From the NCBI GenBank assembly GCA_963727445.1, contig CAVSGI010000006.1, positions 480,001 through 544,000 of the forward strand: a stretch of DNA of 64,000 nucleotides, in the 5' to 3' direction. A program made the translations under genes and the position numbers. Under the pieces are notes generated by a model. It was not told the origin of the DNA, ran no database searches, and worked only from the letters and a program-made list of their open reading frames with translations. Shown here in pieces: positions 1-10,019 of the stretch. Source of the stretch: an uncultured delta proteobacterium (lineage in GTDB: Bacteria; Myxococcota_A; Polyangia; Polyangiales; B10-G4). The number at the start of each line of letters is the position of its first letter. The stretch's first letter is position 1.

Positions 1-404
1 AGCTGCCGGCGCCGACGGTCTCGGACGCCATGACCCCGAGCCCGAGCTGCATCACGCTCCCCGCCACCATCGGCGACGCGCGGGCGATGATGGAGGAGCA
101 CGCGATCCGTCACCTGCCGCTGGCGACCGACGAGGGCGAGCTGATCGGCATGGTGACCGACCGTGACCTGCGGGTCGCCGACGGCGTCGCCGGCGGGGCC
201 AACGACATCGCCCTCGAGCTCATCGGCACCGACCCGCCCTACGTCGTCGACGCCGACACCCCCCTGCACCGCGTGCTCAACGACATGGCCGACGAACGGA
301 AGGGCTCCGCCATGGTGACCCAGGATGGCGAGCTCGTCGGCATCCTCACCACCACCGACGCCTGCCGCTATCTGGCCGAGTGGCTCAGAGCCCAGTTCGG
401 CTGA
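1..404 (+). CDS. CBS-domain pair protein (5' end probably runs off the window)
   Basis: CBS motifs 'IRHLPL..EGELIGMVTDRDL' and 'GELVGILTTTD'. The frame is open upstream of ATG 30 (LPAPTVSDAMT). Confidence 0.85.
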   Translation, partial: LPAPTVSDAMTPSPSCITLPATIGDARAMMEEHAIRHLPLATDEGELIGMVTDRDLRVADGVAGGANDIALELIGTDPPYVVDADTPLHRVLNDMADERKGSAMVTQDGELVGILTTTDACRYLAEWLRAQFG

Positions 405-412
405 GCGTCACG

Positions 413-2797
413 TCAGGTGCAGGTGCCCATGTCGCAGAAGCTGGCGCCGCAGCACTCGCGGCCGGCCTGACAGGGCTGGCCGGAGGCCTGACAGGCGCAG
501 GTGCCACCGACGCACTGCATCTCGCCGCAGCACTCGGAGCTGTCGCTGCAGTTGTCGGTGGCGCTCTTGCAGCAGGTGCTGCTGCCGCCGCCGGCGGCCA
601 GGCTGCAGACCAGGGTGCCGCAGCAGGCGCCGGCCTCCGTGGGATCGCAACCCGCGCCCACGTCGCTGGCGCCGCCACAGTCCACGCAGTCGTTGTTGAC
701 GCAGGACAGGCCGTCGCAGCACTGGCTCGCGTCGGTGCAGCTGGCGTAGGGGCCCTGGCACGGGCCGGGGCACATGCTCTCGTCGGTTTGGACCATGCCG
801 CCCATCGACATCATCGGGTCGTTGCACAAGCCGTTGGTGTCGTCCCACTCGCAGCTGTTGGTGCTGCGGAGACACTCGCGGCAGCTCTCGGCGTCGCCGC
901 AGGAAGCGTCGGTGTTGTCACAGGCGAAGCCGAACCAGTCCCAGTCACTGCCGCAGGTGCTTCCGTAGCGCATGTCGTCCACCGGCCCGAAGAAGCCGCC
1001 CAGCATGCACTGGTCGCTTCCGTCGCACCAACCACAACCGTCGTGGTCCGTGCAATCGTCGCAGTTGGCGATGAGTGAGCACTCGTCGGAGGTGCACTCT
1101 TCGGTCGTGCCTCGATACGCGGGACAGGATGCGCGGTCGGGGGAGTCCGCGCTGCCCAGGATGCAGCTGCCCGTGGACGTGCCCGGGGTGACGACGCCGA
1201 CCGAGCTGTTGGGACACCATCCGCAGCCATCCATCCCCGCGCAGGTCTCGCAGTCGGCTGTGGCCGAGCCGCAGTCGTTGCACTGGTCGGCGGCGTTGCG
1301 GGGGTCGCCGCAGTCCACGGTCCGGAGCGAGGGCGTGTAGCAGCTGTTGGTGCTGGCGCACCAGACGCAGCCCGCCGCACCGACGCACGCGCCGCACGAG
1401 CCGTTGGACGTGCACGGATCGGCCGCGGCGTCGCAAGTCGCGTCGCGGAAGGTGGTCGTGCACGCGCCCGCGCTCGAGGTCTGCCGACAGCCCGTGCCCT
1501 CGCACCACCCGCAGCCCGAGAGCGCGGTGCATCGCGAGCAGTCGCTCGCGCCCGAGCAGGAGTCGGGGGGGATGGTCATGCCGCCATCCGGGGGAGGGCC
1601 GCCGTCCGGGCTGGCATCAGGTCCCGCATCCACGCCGCCGTCCATCAGGTCATCCTCGCAGCCATTGCCGGGGATGTCGGTGTTGACGTCGTCGAGGGCG
1701 CCGCCGGAGAAGGCCTCCGACGTCACGAAGGCGTAGTCCATCTTGCCGTAGCCGCCGTTGCCCCAGTCCTTGCCCCAGGAGTTGAGGAAGGTGAACTGCA
1801 TCGTGGCGTCGTCATAGCCGGTGAGGACAATCGCGTGGTAGCCGCCGAGGCAGAGGGCGGTGGTGCAGGACGAGCTGCCGCACGAGCAAGGCCCGCCCGC
1901 ACCCGAGGGCGGGACCCGAACGTTGGCCGTGCCGGACTGCCAGTCGTTGCGACCCGCGGGCATCGTCGCGTTCGAGTTGTCGTAGTAGACGGGCACCGAG
2001 ATGATGACCTCGCGCTCGGTCGCGAGCTCGTTCTTGATCGCCTGGAGATTCGTCAGGTCGACGTTGTGCATGCCGGTCGGCTGGTAGGGGGCGGCGTTGA
2101 GCACGGCGTCCGAGGGGCGACCGTTGTTCAAGCCGCGGCCGTTGGCCACGTAGGGCCAGCTGGCGTTGTCGACGATGGGATCGGCGACGAGGGTTTGGAG
2201 CGCGGTCTGCGTGTTCCAGCCCGTCGCGCAGGTTCCGAAGGCCGCCCCGCCCAGGGAGTTGCTCCGCAGGTTCGCTTCGCTGAGCTCGGGCACGTCGCAA
2301 CCCTTCGAGCAGTGAAGCGCTTCGAGCATCGCCGTGGCGGCGTGCACCACACACCAACCGCAGGCCTGCTGGTTGCTGACGGTCATGCAGCCGTCGAGGT
2401 ATTGCGAGCGGTGGTCGACGGAAGAGGGCAGGGTCGCCGGGGGGGCGTCGAGGAGCGCGCCGGTGGTGCTTCCCGCCTCTTCCGGCGCGGTTCCCAGGTC
2501 ACCTTCGGTTCCGAGGCGTCCCAGCGTCCCGTTCTGCGGCGTGGTCATGATGCAGACGGGCGCGTCGCGTCCGTCGTCCCACGGGTTGAAGAGGATGCAT
2601 TCACCCTCGAGTCGGTGCTCGAGCTCCGAGCCCGGCGTCACCACGGTTCCCGGGGGCAGGAGCTGATCACCTGGGCGAACGCTGTCGGGCGTGGCGCCGG
2701 GGGGAAGCACCGCCCCATCGGGGTCGTCCGAGCCAGGCTCGCAGCCAGTCATCGAGAGGAGCGAAGAGACCAGGGCGAGCACGACGCAGCGATGCAT
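413..2797 (-). CDS. Lipoprotein: papain-family (C1) cysteine peptidase followed by Cys-rich PSI-like repeats
   Basis: Signal/lipobox MHRCVVLALVSSLLSMTGC. C1 motifs LPSSVDHR, QQACGWC (Cys), GYHAIVLTGY (His), FLNSWGKDWGNGGY (Asn). Repeated CxxC-x5-CGWC modules follow. Confidence 0.85.
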   Translation of the reverse strand: MHRCVVLALVSSLLSMTGCEPGSDDPDGAVLPPGATPDSVRPGDQLLPPGTVVTPGSELEHRLEGECILFNPWDDGRDAPVCIMTTPQNGTLGRLGTEGDLGTAPEEAGSTTGALLDAPPATLPSSVDHRSQYLDGCMTVSNQQACGWCVVHAATAMLEALHCSKGCDVPELSEANLRSNSLGGAAFGTCATGWNTQTALQTLVADPIVDNASWPYVANGRGLNNGRPSDAVLNAAPYQPTGMHNVDLTNLQAIKNELATEREVIISVPVYYDNSNATMPAGRNDWQSGTANVRVPPSGAGGPCSCGSSSCTTALCLGGYHAIVLTGYDDATMQFTFLNSWGKDWGNGGYGKMDYAFVTSEAFSGGALDDVNTDIPGNGCEDDLMDGGVDAGPDASPDGGPPPDGGMTIPPDSCSGASDCSRCTALSGCGWCEGTGCRQTSSAGACTTTFRDATCDAAADPCTSNGSCGACVGAAGCVWCASTNSCYTPSLRTVDCGDPRNAADQCNDCGSATADCETCAGMDGCGWCPNSSVGVVTPGTSTGSCILGSADSPDRASCPAYRGTTEECTSDECSLIANCDDCTDHDGCGWCDGSDQCMLGGFFGPVDDMRYGSTCGSDWDWFGFACDNTDASCGDAESCRECLRSTNSCEWDDTNGLCNDPMMSMGGMVQTDESMCPGPCQGPYASCTDASQCCDGLSCVNNDCVDCGGASDVGAGCDPTEAGACCGTLVCSLAAGGGSSTCCKSATDNCSDSSECCGEMQCVGGTCACQASGQPCQAGRECCGASFCDMGTCT

Positions 2798-3022
2798 GGA
2801 TGCAGAGTACCAAAATCGGGAGCCGAGCGGCTCTAGCGGCAGGGTCATCGGAGCCTGGAAAGGCAAACATCGTTCCACCCGAGAACCCCGTGATCTCGCA
2901 GACGACGGGTGTGCCGCCCGGCCCCATCGCGCCGCTTTCGCGCGATCTGGTGCACGCCGACCCCAGAAACGACACGAGCCCCCCGACCGAAGGCCGGAGG
3001 GCTCGCGCGCAATGGGTGTTGC

Positions 3023-3373
3023 TCAGTACTGCTGAACGAGCTTGCCCCACTCCCCCATCATGGCCTGCACCGCTTCGCCGCCGTAGCCGCGAATGACGCC
3101 GAAGCCGTCCACCGCGAGCCCGAGCTGCATCACCAGGTTGATGAAGTCCTTCTCGTGCGAGATGGCGTCGAGCTTCTCCGACTCACCCTTGATGAGCATG
3201 AAGCCGTTCATGTCTCCGCCGTGATTACGGAGGAGGATCGGCTCGAAGCTCTCAATCTGTCCCGCCTCCTGCTTCTTGCTCCAGAACGCGAGGCTGCTCT
3301 GGAAGAGCTCCATCGCCTGCTTCTCGCGACCTACCACCGGACGGTTCCAACCAAAGAAGAGCGTGTTCGACAT
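3023..3373 (-). CDS. Small hypothetical protein (116 aa)
   Basis: ATG at 3373 with purine-rich upstream. Protein-like composition (MSNTLFFGWNRPVVGREKQAMELF...HGGDMNGFMLIKG) and high GC3. Confidence 0.75.
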   Translation of the reverse strand: MSNTLFFGWNRPVVGREKQAMELFQSSLAFWSKKQEAGQIESFEPILLRNHGGDMNGFMLIKGESEKLDAISHEKDFINLVMQLGLAVDGFGVIRGYGGEAVQAMMGEWGKLVQQY

Positions 3374-3485
3374 GTCTTTGACCCCCTGTTGTGAAAAAGG
3401 ATCCGGTCTGTACTCCCCCGACCCCGAATGATCTGTGCGCAAGTGCACGAGACGATCGCCTCGGCACGTGCTCTAGTCTCGACCC

Positions 3486-4454
3486 ATGCGCGCCGCACAG
3501 ATTCAGAAGCTCGAGGGCCCCGACTCCATCGAAGTGGTGGAGCTCGAAACGCCCGTCCCCGGTCGCGGACAAGTCGTCGTCGCCGTCGAGTCCGCGGGCG
3601 TGAATTTTCCTGATCTCTTGATGTCCCGCGGTCTCTATCAGATGAAGCCGCCCGTGCCCTTCGCGCCGGGCGGAGAGGTGGCGGGGACCCTCTCGGCGGT
3701 GGGGGAGGGCGTTCCGCTGGCGGTCGGCGATCGCGTGATGGCGCTCACCGGCTTCGGCGGCTTCGCGAGCCACGTGCTCCTCGGCGCCGACCGCTGCGTG
3801 CCGATCCCGGAATCGATGAGCACCGAGCTCGCCGGCGCTTTCGCCTTCACGTATGCCACCAGTTATCACGCCCTCAAGGACCGGGCGCAGCTCGCCCCGG
3901 GTGAGAAGCTGCTGGTGCTCGGAGCAGCGGGCGGCGTCGGTTCGTCGGCGGTGGAGATCGGGCGCGCGATGGGCGCGGAGGTGATCGCCGCCGCATCGAC
4001 CGAGGACAAGCTCGACTTCTGCGAGAAGCTCGGCGCCCAGCACCGCATCAACTACGCGACCGAGGACCTGAAGGCGCGCGCCAAAGCCATCGGCGGCGGA
4101 AGCGTCGACGTGGTCTACGATCCGGTCGGCGGCGCCTTCAGCGAGCAGGCGCTCCGCGCCCTCGGCTACGGCGGACGGCACCTGGTGATCGGTTTCGCGG
4201 CAGGCGAGATCCCCCGCGTTCCCTGGAACCTGCCCCTCCTGAAGCAGTGCTGCATCATCGGCGTCGCCTGGGGCGCGTGGGCCATGCAGCATCCGGCCGA
4301 CCACGCGAAGAACATGGAGGAGCTCCTCGCGTGGCACGCCGAGGGCAAGCTCGCACCCATCGTCACGAAGACCTACTCCCTCGAAGAAGTGCCGCAGGCC
4401 CTTCACGACCTCGACACGCGCAAAGTGCGCGGCAAAGTCGTGGTGGTTCCCTGA
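3486..4454 (+). CDS. NADPH:quinone oxidoreductase (zeta-crystallin/MDR family)
   Basis: GVNFPD, PFAPGGEVAG, LVLGAAGGVG and GKVVV motifs; 322 aa. Confidence 0.93.
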   Translation: MRAAQIQKLEGPDSIEVVELETPVPGRGQVVVAVESAGVNFPDLLMSRGLYQMKPPVPFAPGGEVAGTLSAVGEGVPLAVGDRVMALTGFGGFASHVLLGADRCVPIPESMSTELAGAFAFTYATSYHALKDRAQLAPGEKLLVLGAAGGVGSSAVEIGRAMGAEVIAAASTEDKLDFCEKLGAQHRINYATEDLKARAKAIGGGSVDVVYDPVGGAFSEQALRALGYGGRHLVIGFAAGEIPRVPWNLPLLKQCCIIGVAWGAWAMQHPADHAKNMEELLAWHAEGKLAPIVTKTYSLEEVPQALHDLDTRKVRGKVVVVP

Positions 4455-4463
4455 GGCACGACC

Positions 4464-4952
4464 ATGGCGAAAGACGACGACGGACTGACCCACCTCGACG
4501 CGCAGGGACGGGCGCGGATGGTGGACGTGGGAGACAAGGCGGAGACCGAGCGCGTCGCCGTCGCTCGCGGCGTCGTCCGGATGCAGAAGGAGACGATGGC
4601 GCTCCTGCTCTCCGGAAACGCGCCCAAGGGAGACGTGCTGGCCACCGCGCGGATCGCTGGCATCCAGGCGGCGAAGCGCACGCCGGAGCTGATCCCGCTC
4701 TGTCACGCCATCCGCCTGAGCTCGGTGGAGGTCTCCTTTTCCCCCGACGAGGACGGCGAACGACTCCACGTCGAAGCGAAGGCCAAGGCGCGCGACCGAA
4801 CGGGCGTCGAGATGGAGGCGCTGACGGCCGTCTCGGTAGCCGCCCTCACCGTCTACGACATGCTCAAGGCCAAGGACCGGGGAATGACCCTCGAAGGGAT
4901 CGAGCTCGCTTCGAAGTCGGGGGGCGCGAGCGGGGATTTCACCCGCGGGTGA
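4464..4952 (+). CDS. moaC: Cyclic pyranopterin monophosphate synthase MoaC
   Basis: [55 protein letters not shown]. Confidence 0.97.
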   Translation: MAKDDDGLTHLDAQGRARMVDVGDKAETERVAVARGVVRMQKETMALLLSGNAPKGDVLATARIAGIQAAKRTPELIPLCHAIRLSSVEVSFSPDEDGERLHVEAKAKARDRTGVEMEALTAVSVAALTVYDMLKAKDRGMTLEGIELASKSGGASGDFTRG

Positions 4953-4983
4953 CCGCTGGCCATCGGGGCATATCTCTGTCCGG

Positions 4984-5472
4984 GTGAGCACCCGCCCACC
5001 TCGCCTCCGGCCCCGATTCGAGCTGGCCTCTCGCCTTTCGGCCGAAGAGGTGTGCGCGAGGGCGAAGCGCGCGCTCCTTCATCACCCCGAGGTCGAAGGT
5101 CTGGTGTTGGCCGAGCGCCGCATCGAGCTCCTGCCTCATCGCTCCACCCGTCACTTCTGGTCCCCGCAGCTCACCATCGATGTCGAGGACGGCGCCGAAG
5201 GCGTGCGCCTTCGCGGGCGCTTCGGACCGCATCCTCACGTCTGGACCCTCTACGTCGCGATGCACGCCATCGGTGCGATGGGGACGCTCGGCGCCGTCGT
5301 GTTCGGGGTCTCGCAGTATCTCGTGGGCCAGACGCCGTGGGCGTTGGTCGCGCTTCCTGCGTCGCCGATCCTGGCGGCGCTCGTCTGGGCCCTGGGCTTC
5401 GTGGGGCAGGGACTCGGCGCCGAGCAGATGTATCGGCTGCGCCGCTTCCTCGAGGAGTGCATCGAGGGCTAG
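4984..5472 (+). CDS. Hypothetical membrane protein (2 TM)
   Basis: LRPRF...HFWSPQL...GRFGPHPHVWT followed by two hydrophobic helices; co-oriented with moaC. Confidence 0.75.
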   Translation: MSTRPPRLRPRFELASRLSAEEVCARAKRALLHHPEVEGLVLAERRIELLPHRSTRHFWSPQLTIDVEDGAEGVRLRGRFGPHPHVWTLYVAMHAIGAMGTLGAVVFGVSQYLVGQTPWALVALPASPILAALVWALGFVGQGLGAEQMYRLRRFLEECIEG

Positions 5473-5506
5473 CGCACGCGAGACGTGCTCTGGTCAGGCA
5501 GCAGAC

Positions 5507-6676
5507 TCAGTGCAGGGGCGCGGCGGTGGGGTGCGGCGGCGCGGGGACCGAGCGCGCGGGGGCGGCGGCAGCGGCCAGGGACGTGAGGCGGGCGGCGACC
5601 GCGTTGGGATCAACGCCGAGGAGCGCGGGCGTCTTTTCGTTCCAGCCGAAGGCGATCCGTCGGGCGAGGATCTCGTCCTCGAGGCCCAGGAGCTTGCCGT
5701 CGAGCTGCATGAGCAGCCCCGGCTCGCACTGGTGGAGCCCTCGTCCGTTCGGCGCCTGTACCCGGAAGCTCGAGAAGCTTCCGGTGTCGGCGACCATGAA
5801 TCGGAACCAGGGGATGCGGCTTCGGGCGGTCGACACCCATCCGACGCCGAGGATGGCGGCCGAGGCGAGGCCGATGGCGCTCGAGACCGCGGCCTTGCCG
5901 ACGCCGCTCTTCAGGTTCGAGGGGAGCTCGAGGGTGCGCACCGGGTGCTCGGTGTGCGACAGGGGATTGCCGAAGAGCTGCACCAATGCGTTCGAGAGAT
6001 CGTCGGCGCCGAGAGCGCTGATCCAGCGCCCGCCGACCATTCCCCGTCCGTAATGGATGTTGCGGTGGAGAAGCATGACGCGCAGGACGAAATCCTGCGC
6101 CACCTCGAGCGGGATCTCCCCGCGCTGATGGCCGCCCTCGATGGCGCTCAAGAGCATGGTGGTGCGCGCGTCAGCGATCCCCAGGGAGCGCTGGGCGCTC
6201 CTGGCGCCGGTCGGGTCGCTCTCGGTCGGCGTCGCCAGCGGCGTGGGGGCAGGCTCTCGATGCGCGGGTGGCGCGGTGATGAGTCGGTTCAGGAACGCGG
6301 CGAGCGGCTGCTGGAAGGGGCCGACCGGGACCTGCACCTCCCCCTGCTGCGTCTGAAGGTAGATCTTTCGATCGAAGATGGTGTCCGCCACACGCACGCC
6401 GACGATCTCGGAAAAGCGCGCTTCGAAGCGTTCGGAGCCCGAGGCGCCGAAGACCCGGCGGTCGGTGACCAGCCCGAAGACGTGGAAACGGTGCTCGCCG
6501 CCGCCGAGCCCGAGGACCATGACCTGCTCACCCGAGAAATGATCGAGGCCGACCCCGCTCACGGCGATGGCGGCCCGGATGTCCTTCATCTCGATGTTGG
6601 GGTGCATCACCGTCTTCGTCCGGTGAAGCTCGTCCTGCACCAGCTGGTGCACCCCGTGCCGTTGGTTCAAGAGCAT
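5507..6676 (-). CDS. Hypothetical protein with possible N-terminal bacterial PH-like domain
   Basis: Strong SD (AGGAGG) upstream. 'GLVTDRRVFG..FSEIVGVRV' resembles bacterial PH domains (inference). Confidence 0.7.
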   Translation of the reverse strand: MLLNQRHGVHQLVQDELHRTKTVMHPNIEMKDIRAAIAVSGVGLDHFSGEQVMVLGLGGGEHRFHVFGLVTDRRVFGASGSERFEARFSEIVGVRVADTIFDRKIYLQTQQGEVQVPVGPFQQPLAAFLNRLITAPPAHREPAPTPLATPTESDPTGARSAQRSLGIADARTTMLLSAIEGGHQRGEIPLEVAQDFVLRVMLLHRNIHYGRGMVGGRWISALGADDLSNALVQLFGNPLSHTEHPVRTLELPSNLKSGVGKAAVSSAIGLASAAILGVGWVSTARSRIPWFRFMVADTGSFSSFRVQAPNGRGLHQCEPGLLMQLDGKLLGLEDEILARRIAFGWNEKTPALLGVDPNAVAARLTSLAAAAAPARSVPAPPHPTAAPLH

Positions 6677-6737
6677 CGCGCCCCTCCTGCCGCCTGATAC
6701 GGGGCGGGAGGGGCGATCTTCCCTGGGCGGGCGGCCG

Positions 6738-8321
6738 CTAGGAGAAGAAGCAGCCGGCGGAGCTCTCCACCGGCTCGACGACGCGCTGGCTCTCCGGGTC
6801 GGTGATCCCCAGCGCCTCGCCGCAAGACTCGGTCACGTTGTCACTGAGGTCCTGCAGGAGGATCCAGTCGGCGTCGATGTCCTCGTCGTAGAGACGGCCC
6901 TGATAGACCTCCACGCTGGGCGCCATCATCTCCACCACGCCGCGCGCCCGGGCGCAGTCGCCTGCTCCGTAGAGGTCCACGGTGGTGCGCAGCGCGAGGT
7001 ACATGTTGAGCATCATGAAGGGCTTTTCGCCGCCCACGAACTCCGGCCACATCTCGGAGGGGTTCTGGCCAGGGGCCAGAGGATTGGTCACCGCATCGGT
7101 CGTGCGCCGGGGGGAGCCGTCGTTGGCGATCCACGACGCCTCGAGCGTGTAGGCGGGGAGCGAGGGGCCGAGGGACTCGGCGCCTGGGTCGGCGATGAGC
7201 TCGACGAAGAGACCGCCGCCGCCCCCGCGCCGTCCGCTGCCGGTGTCGGTGCTTCCGGTGCGCTGCCCCACGAAGAGCGCCGGGGAGTCGAGGTAGGCGA
7301 CGCCGTTCTTCACGCTCGCGCGACGCGCGCCCCACACGCGGCCCACGCGATAGCCTTCACTCGCGGTGATGGCGATGGTGAGGTCGGTGGCGACGGGGAA
7401 GAGCGTGATGCCCGACTGGTTGTCGAGGATCTGTCCGAGGTCCGCGTCGTCTTCGGCCAGCGCGTAGGTGCCGGCGCCGAGGTCCCCGAGGCGCGACAGG
7501 AGCCGCGCCTGGCTGGCGAGGGGATCGCCGTAGCCGATGACGTTGATCGCGACACCAGCGCGGGCGTAGCTCTCGGCGAGCGCCACGATCCGATCCGGAT
7601 CGTCGATCCCGACGCTGGCGGTGCCCGTGGAGACGAGGATCACGCGGCCCACGCGTCCCTCCGCGTCGCCATCGACCAGCCGGCCCGCAGTGGCGAGCGC
7701 CGAGTAGAGGTCGCCGGAGACGCCCAGAGGCTCGGCGCCCACCTGCGGCAGGTCGGCAGCCGGCGCGTCGGCGCTGTCGAGGAGCACACGGGTGCGGCTC
7801 GCGTATTCGATCACGCTCAGCCTGTCGCCCGCCTCGAGGGCACCAGCGATGGCGGCGACGCCTTCGTTGAGCACGTCCAGGGTCGCGGGCTCGGCGCCCG
7901 ACACGTCCACCACGACGGCGACGTGGGCGGCCGGGCGCGGCAGGGTGGACGGGTCGACGGGCGTGTTCATGGCGATGAAGGCCATCGTCCAGTTGTCGCC
8001 GTTGAAGCGCGGCGCGACGGCGAGGGAAGGATGGACGCAGAGGTCCTCCCCGCAGTCGGCGGCGGGCAGGTCGATCGCGTGCTCGGCGAAGAAGCCGACG
8101 TCGTCGAGTGTCTCGGGCGCCGGGACCTCCCCGCGCGCCACGATCTCGCGGAAGAGGGCGATGTCCTGCGCGCCACCCTGGCTGACGGTGTGGGACCCCG
8201 CGATGGGGGTGTCGGTGCCTGGGACGTCGACGGTCTCGACGCTCCCCCCGGTGGTGTCACCGCCGCCCGCACAACCGGCGAGAGCCAACGCTGACGCCAT
8301 GATCGAAATCCACTTCTTCAT
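6738..8321 (-). CDS. VWA-domain lipoprotein
   Basis: True start MKKWISIMASALALAGC, with ATG overlapping the upstream stop. VAVVVDVSG (degenerate MIDAS), DRLSVIEY, RVILVSTG. Confidence 0.85.
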   Translation of the reverse strand: MKKWISIMASALALAGCAGGGDTTGGSVETVDVPGTDTPIAGSHTVSQGGAQDIALFREIVARGEVPAPETLDDVGFFAEHAIDLPAADCGEDLCVHPSLAVAPRFNGDNWTMAFIAMNTPVDPSTLPRPAAHVAVVVDVSGAEPATLDVLNEGVAAIAGALEAGDRLSVIEYASRTRVLLDSADAPAADLPQVGAEPLGVSGDLYSALATAGRLVDGDAEGRVGRVILVSTGTASVGIDDPDRIVALAESYARAGVAINVIGYGDPLASQARLLSRLGDLGAGTYALAEDDADLGQILDNQSGITLFPVATDLTIAITASEGYRVGRVWGARRASVKNGVAYLDSPALFVGQRTGSTDTGSGRRGGGGGLFVELIADPGAESLGPSLPAYTLEASWIANDGSPRRTTDAVTNPLAPGQNPSEMWPEFVGGEKPFMMLNMYLALRTTVDLYGAGDCARARGVVEMMAPSVEVYQGRLYDEDIDADWILLQDLSDNVTESCGEALGITDPESQRVVEPVESSAGCFFS

Positions 8322-9862
8322 CACTCTGCCTCCTCGATGAGCATCACTGCGTTGATCTCCATGCCGGGCTCGCGTTCGTTGCGGCTGCAGCCGTCGACGC
8401 CCACCACCGTCTCCACCGCCTTGCCGATGGAGACGCGATAGCGGCGTCCGTCGGCGACGTAGCCCGCGGTGTCGCCGCCGAGCGGGAGCTCCTCCGCCGC
8501 CATCACGACCGACAGCGGACCGGTGAAGGCGCCGCAGGCGGAGAATCCTCCGCACTCCGCTCTCGGCGTCAGCACCGGGAGGGGAACGTCGTCCCCCATG
8601 TACCCCGTGCGCGAGGTGACGAGCCGAAGCTCGGTGGCGGGCCGACCATCGGCGGCGAGCCGATGGACAAAGAGCGCGTCTGGGTTGGCCGTGTCGAACT
8701 GCACCGTGTCGCCGGTCGTCAGGTCGAAGGCCCACATCGGCACGCAGAGGAAAGAGGTCCAGCTCTCGGTCTCGTCCGCGAAGCCCACCTCGAAGCAGCC
8801 GTCGCGAAGGAGCTCGGTGCTGGTGACCGTCGCCATGCGCCCCGGCGCGATGCGCTCGCCGCTGTAGACGTAGGGCAGCACCTCGTCGGCCGTGCAGAGG
8901 TCCGTGTCCCAGAAGTAACGCGACTCCGAAGCGACGATCACGTTGCTCTCGTCGCCGCCCGTGATGTCGCCCGTGCCGCCGACCTGGACCGCGCCCGGAA
9001 CGCCAACGGCCCCGTGCCGGGGGACGGTGAACGTCGGGCCGCGGAAGAAGACGACCGTGTCGGCCGAGCCGTCGCGCTGAACCAGGACGGCGTCGCACGC
9101 ACCGATGGGCGGCGAGAGCCAGTCGGCGCCCATCTCGAGGGCGTCACCGGCCGCGCCGCGGTCGAGCGGGAAGTTGCGTTCGGAGTCGAGGGTGACGGTC
9201 ACGCCTTCGCCAAACGCCTCCCGCGACAGGTAGCGTGCCGGGTCCTCGGACACCCGCTCGCAGTCGAAGCGCCCCGTGGCCCAACGAAGCCGAACGTCGG
9301 TGTCGTCGACGCTCCCGTTGTGGAGGTAGGCCGAGGCCTCGTAGTCGGGCGGGGGGATCTCGCGGACACGGGTCTCGGGGTCGGGGGGCGGTGGGCTCGT
9401 GGCGATGCACGCGAAGGCCGCGGCGAGCATCGCCGTCCCCTCGACGGTGCGGCGCCGGGGCAGCGACAGTGGCGCGGCGTCGAGGAGCCACCACGCGACC
9501 GGGAGCATCGCGAGCCCCACCAGGTCCGACGGGTCGGTCCAGATGCGCCATTCGATGCCGACGCCGAGCATGATCGCCTCGAGCCCCCGCGCCGCCTGCG
9601 GCGCCACGTTGATGGCGACGAAGGGCGCGGCGGCGATCGCGAAAGCGAGCAGACGCGCCTGCGTCCGCCGCGCGCCGAAGGCCGTCGCCAACAGCACCGG
9701 GGCGACGATCATCCCGGCGAAGTCGCTGAGCTTGCCAGTCAGCGCGCCGGGCAAGACCCCCGCCCCTTTGAGCAGGTGGTCGTTGATGACAAGAAGCGCG
9801 AGCGCTGCCCAGAAGAGTGGGTGCCTCAGCGCGCTCCGACCGTCCTTCGTTCCTCCATCCAT
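8321..9862 (-). CDS. Hypothetical membrane protein with large extracytoplasmic domain
   Basis: N-terminal TM block (LLVINDHLLK..GKLSDFAG..DPSDL), then a Cys-containing soluble region. Translationally coupled to the VWA gene. Confidence 0.8.
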   Translation of the reverse strand: MDGGTKDGRSALRHPLFWAALALLVINDHLLKGAGVLPGALTGKLSDFAGMIVAPVLLATAFGARRTQARLLAFAIAAAPFVAINVAPQAARGLEAIMLGVGIEWRIWTDPSDLVGLAMLPVAWWLLDAAPLSLPRRRTVEGTAMLAAAFACIATSPPPPDPETRVREIPPPDYEASAYLHNGSVDDTDVRLRWATGRFDCERVSEDPARYLSREAFGEGVTVTLDSERNFPLDRGAAGDALEMGADWLSPPIGACDAVLVQRDGSADTVVFFRGPTFTVPRHGAVGVPGAVQVGGTGDITGGDESNVIVASESRYFWDTDLCTADEVLPYVYSGERIAPGRMATVTSTELLRDGCFEVGFADETESWTSFLCVPMWAFDLTTGDTVQFDTANPDALFVHRLAADGRPATELRLVTSRTGYMGDDVPLPVLTPRAECGGFSACGAFTGPLSVVMAAEELPLGGDTAGYVADGRRYRVSIGKAVETVVGVDGCSRNEREPGMEINAVMLIEEAE

Positions 9863-10019
9863 GCACCCGCATTACTCAAGTGTCGTGCCGTCGGGAATCG
9901 TTGGCGTTTTTCGTTCGGTGCAGAAATGGGCCGCGAACCCCCATCCACGGTCGGCACAGGCCGGCACAGGCCTCGAAGGTGGTGCCGTGACCCCGATCGA
10001 GTGGTGCTAGGTTCCCGAG

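Noticed and set aside
9875..9890. Sigma54-like CGGCACGACACTTGAG (minus strand); also TTGGTGCCTTTCTGGCG at ~51278-51294
   Set aside because: The first lacks the -12 GC and the second matches the consensus poorly, so both are too weak to call.
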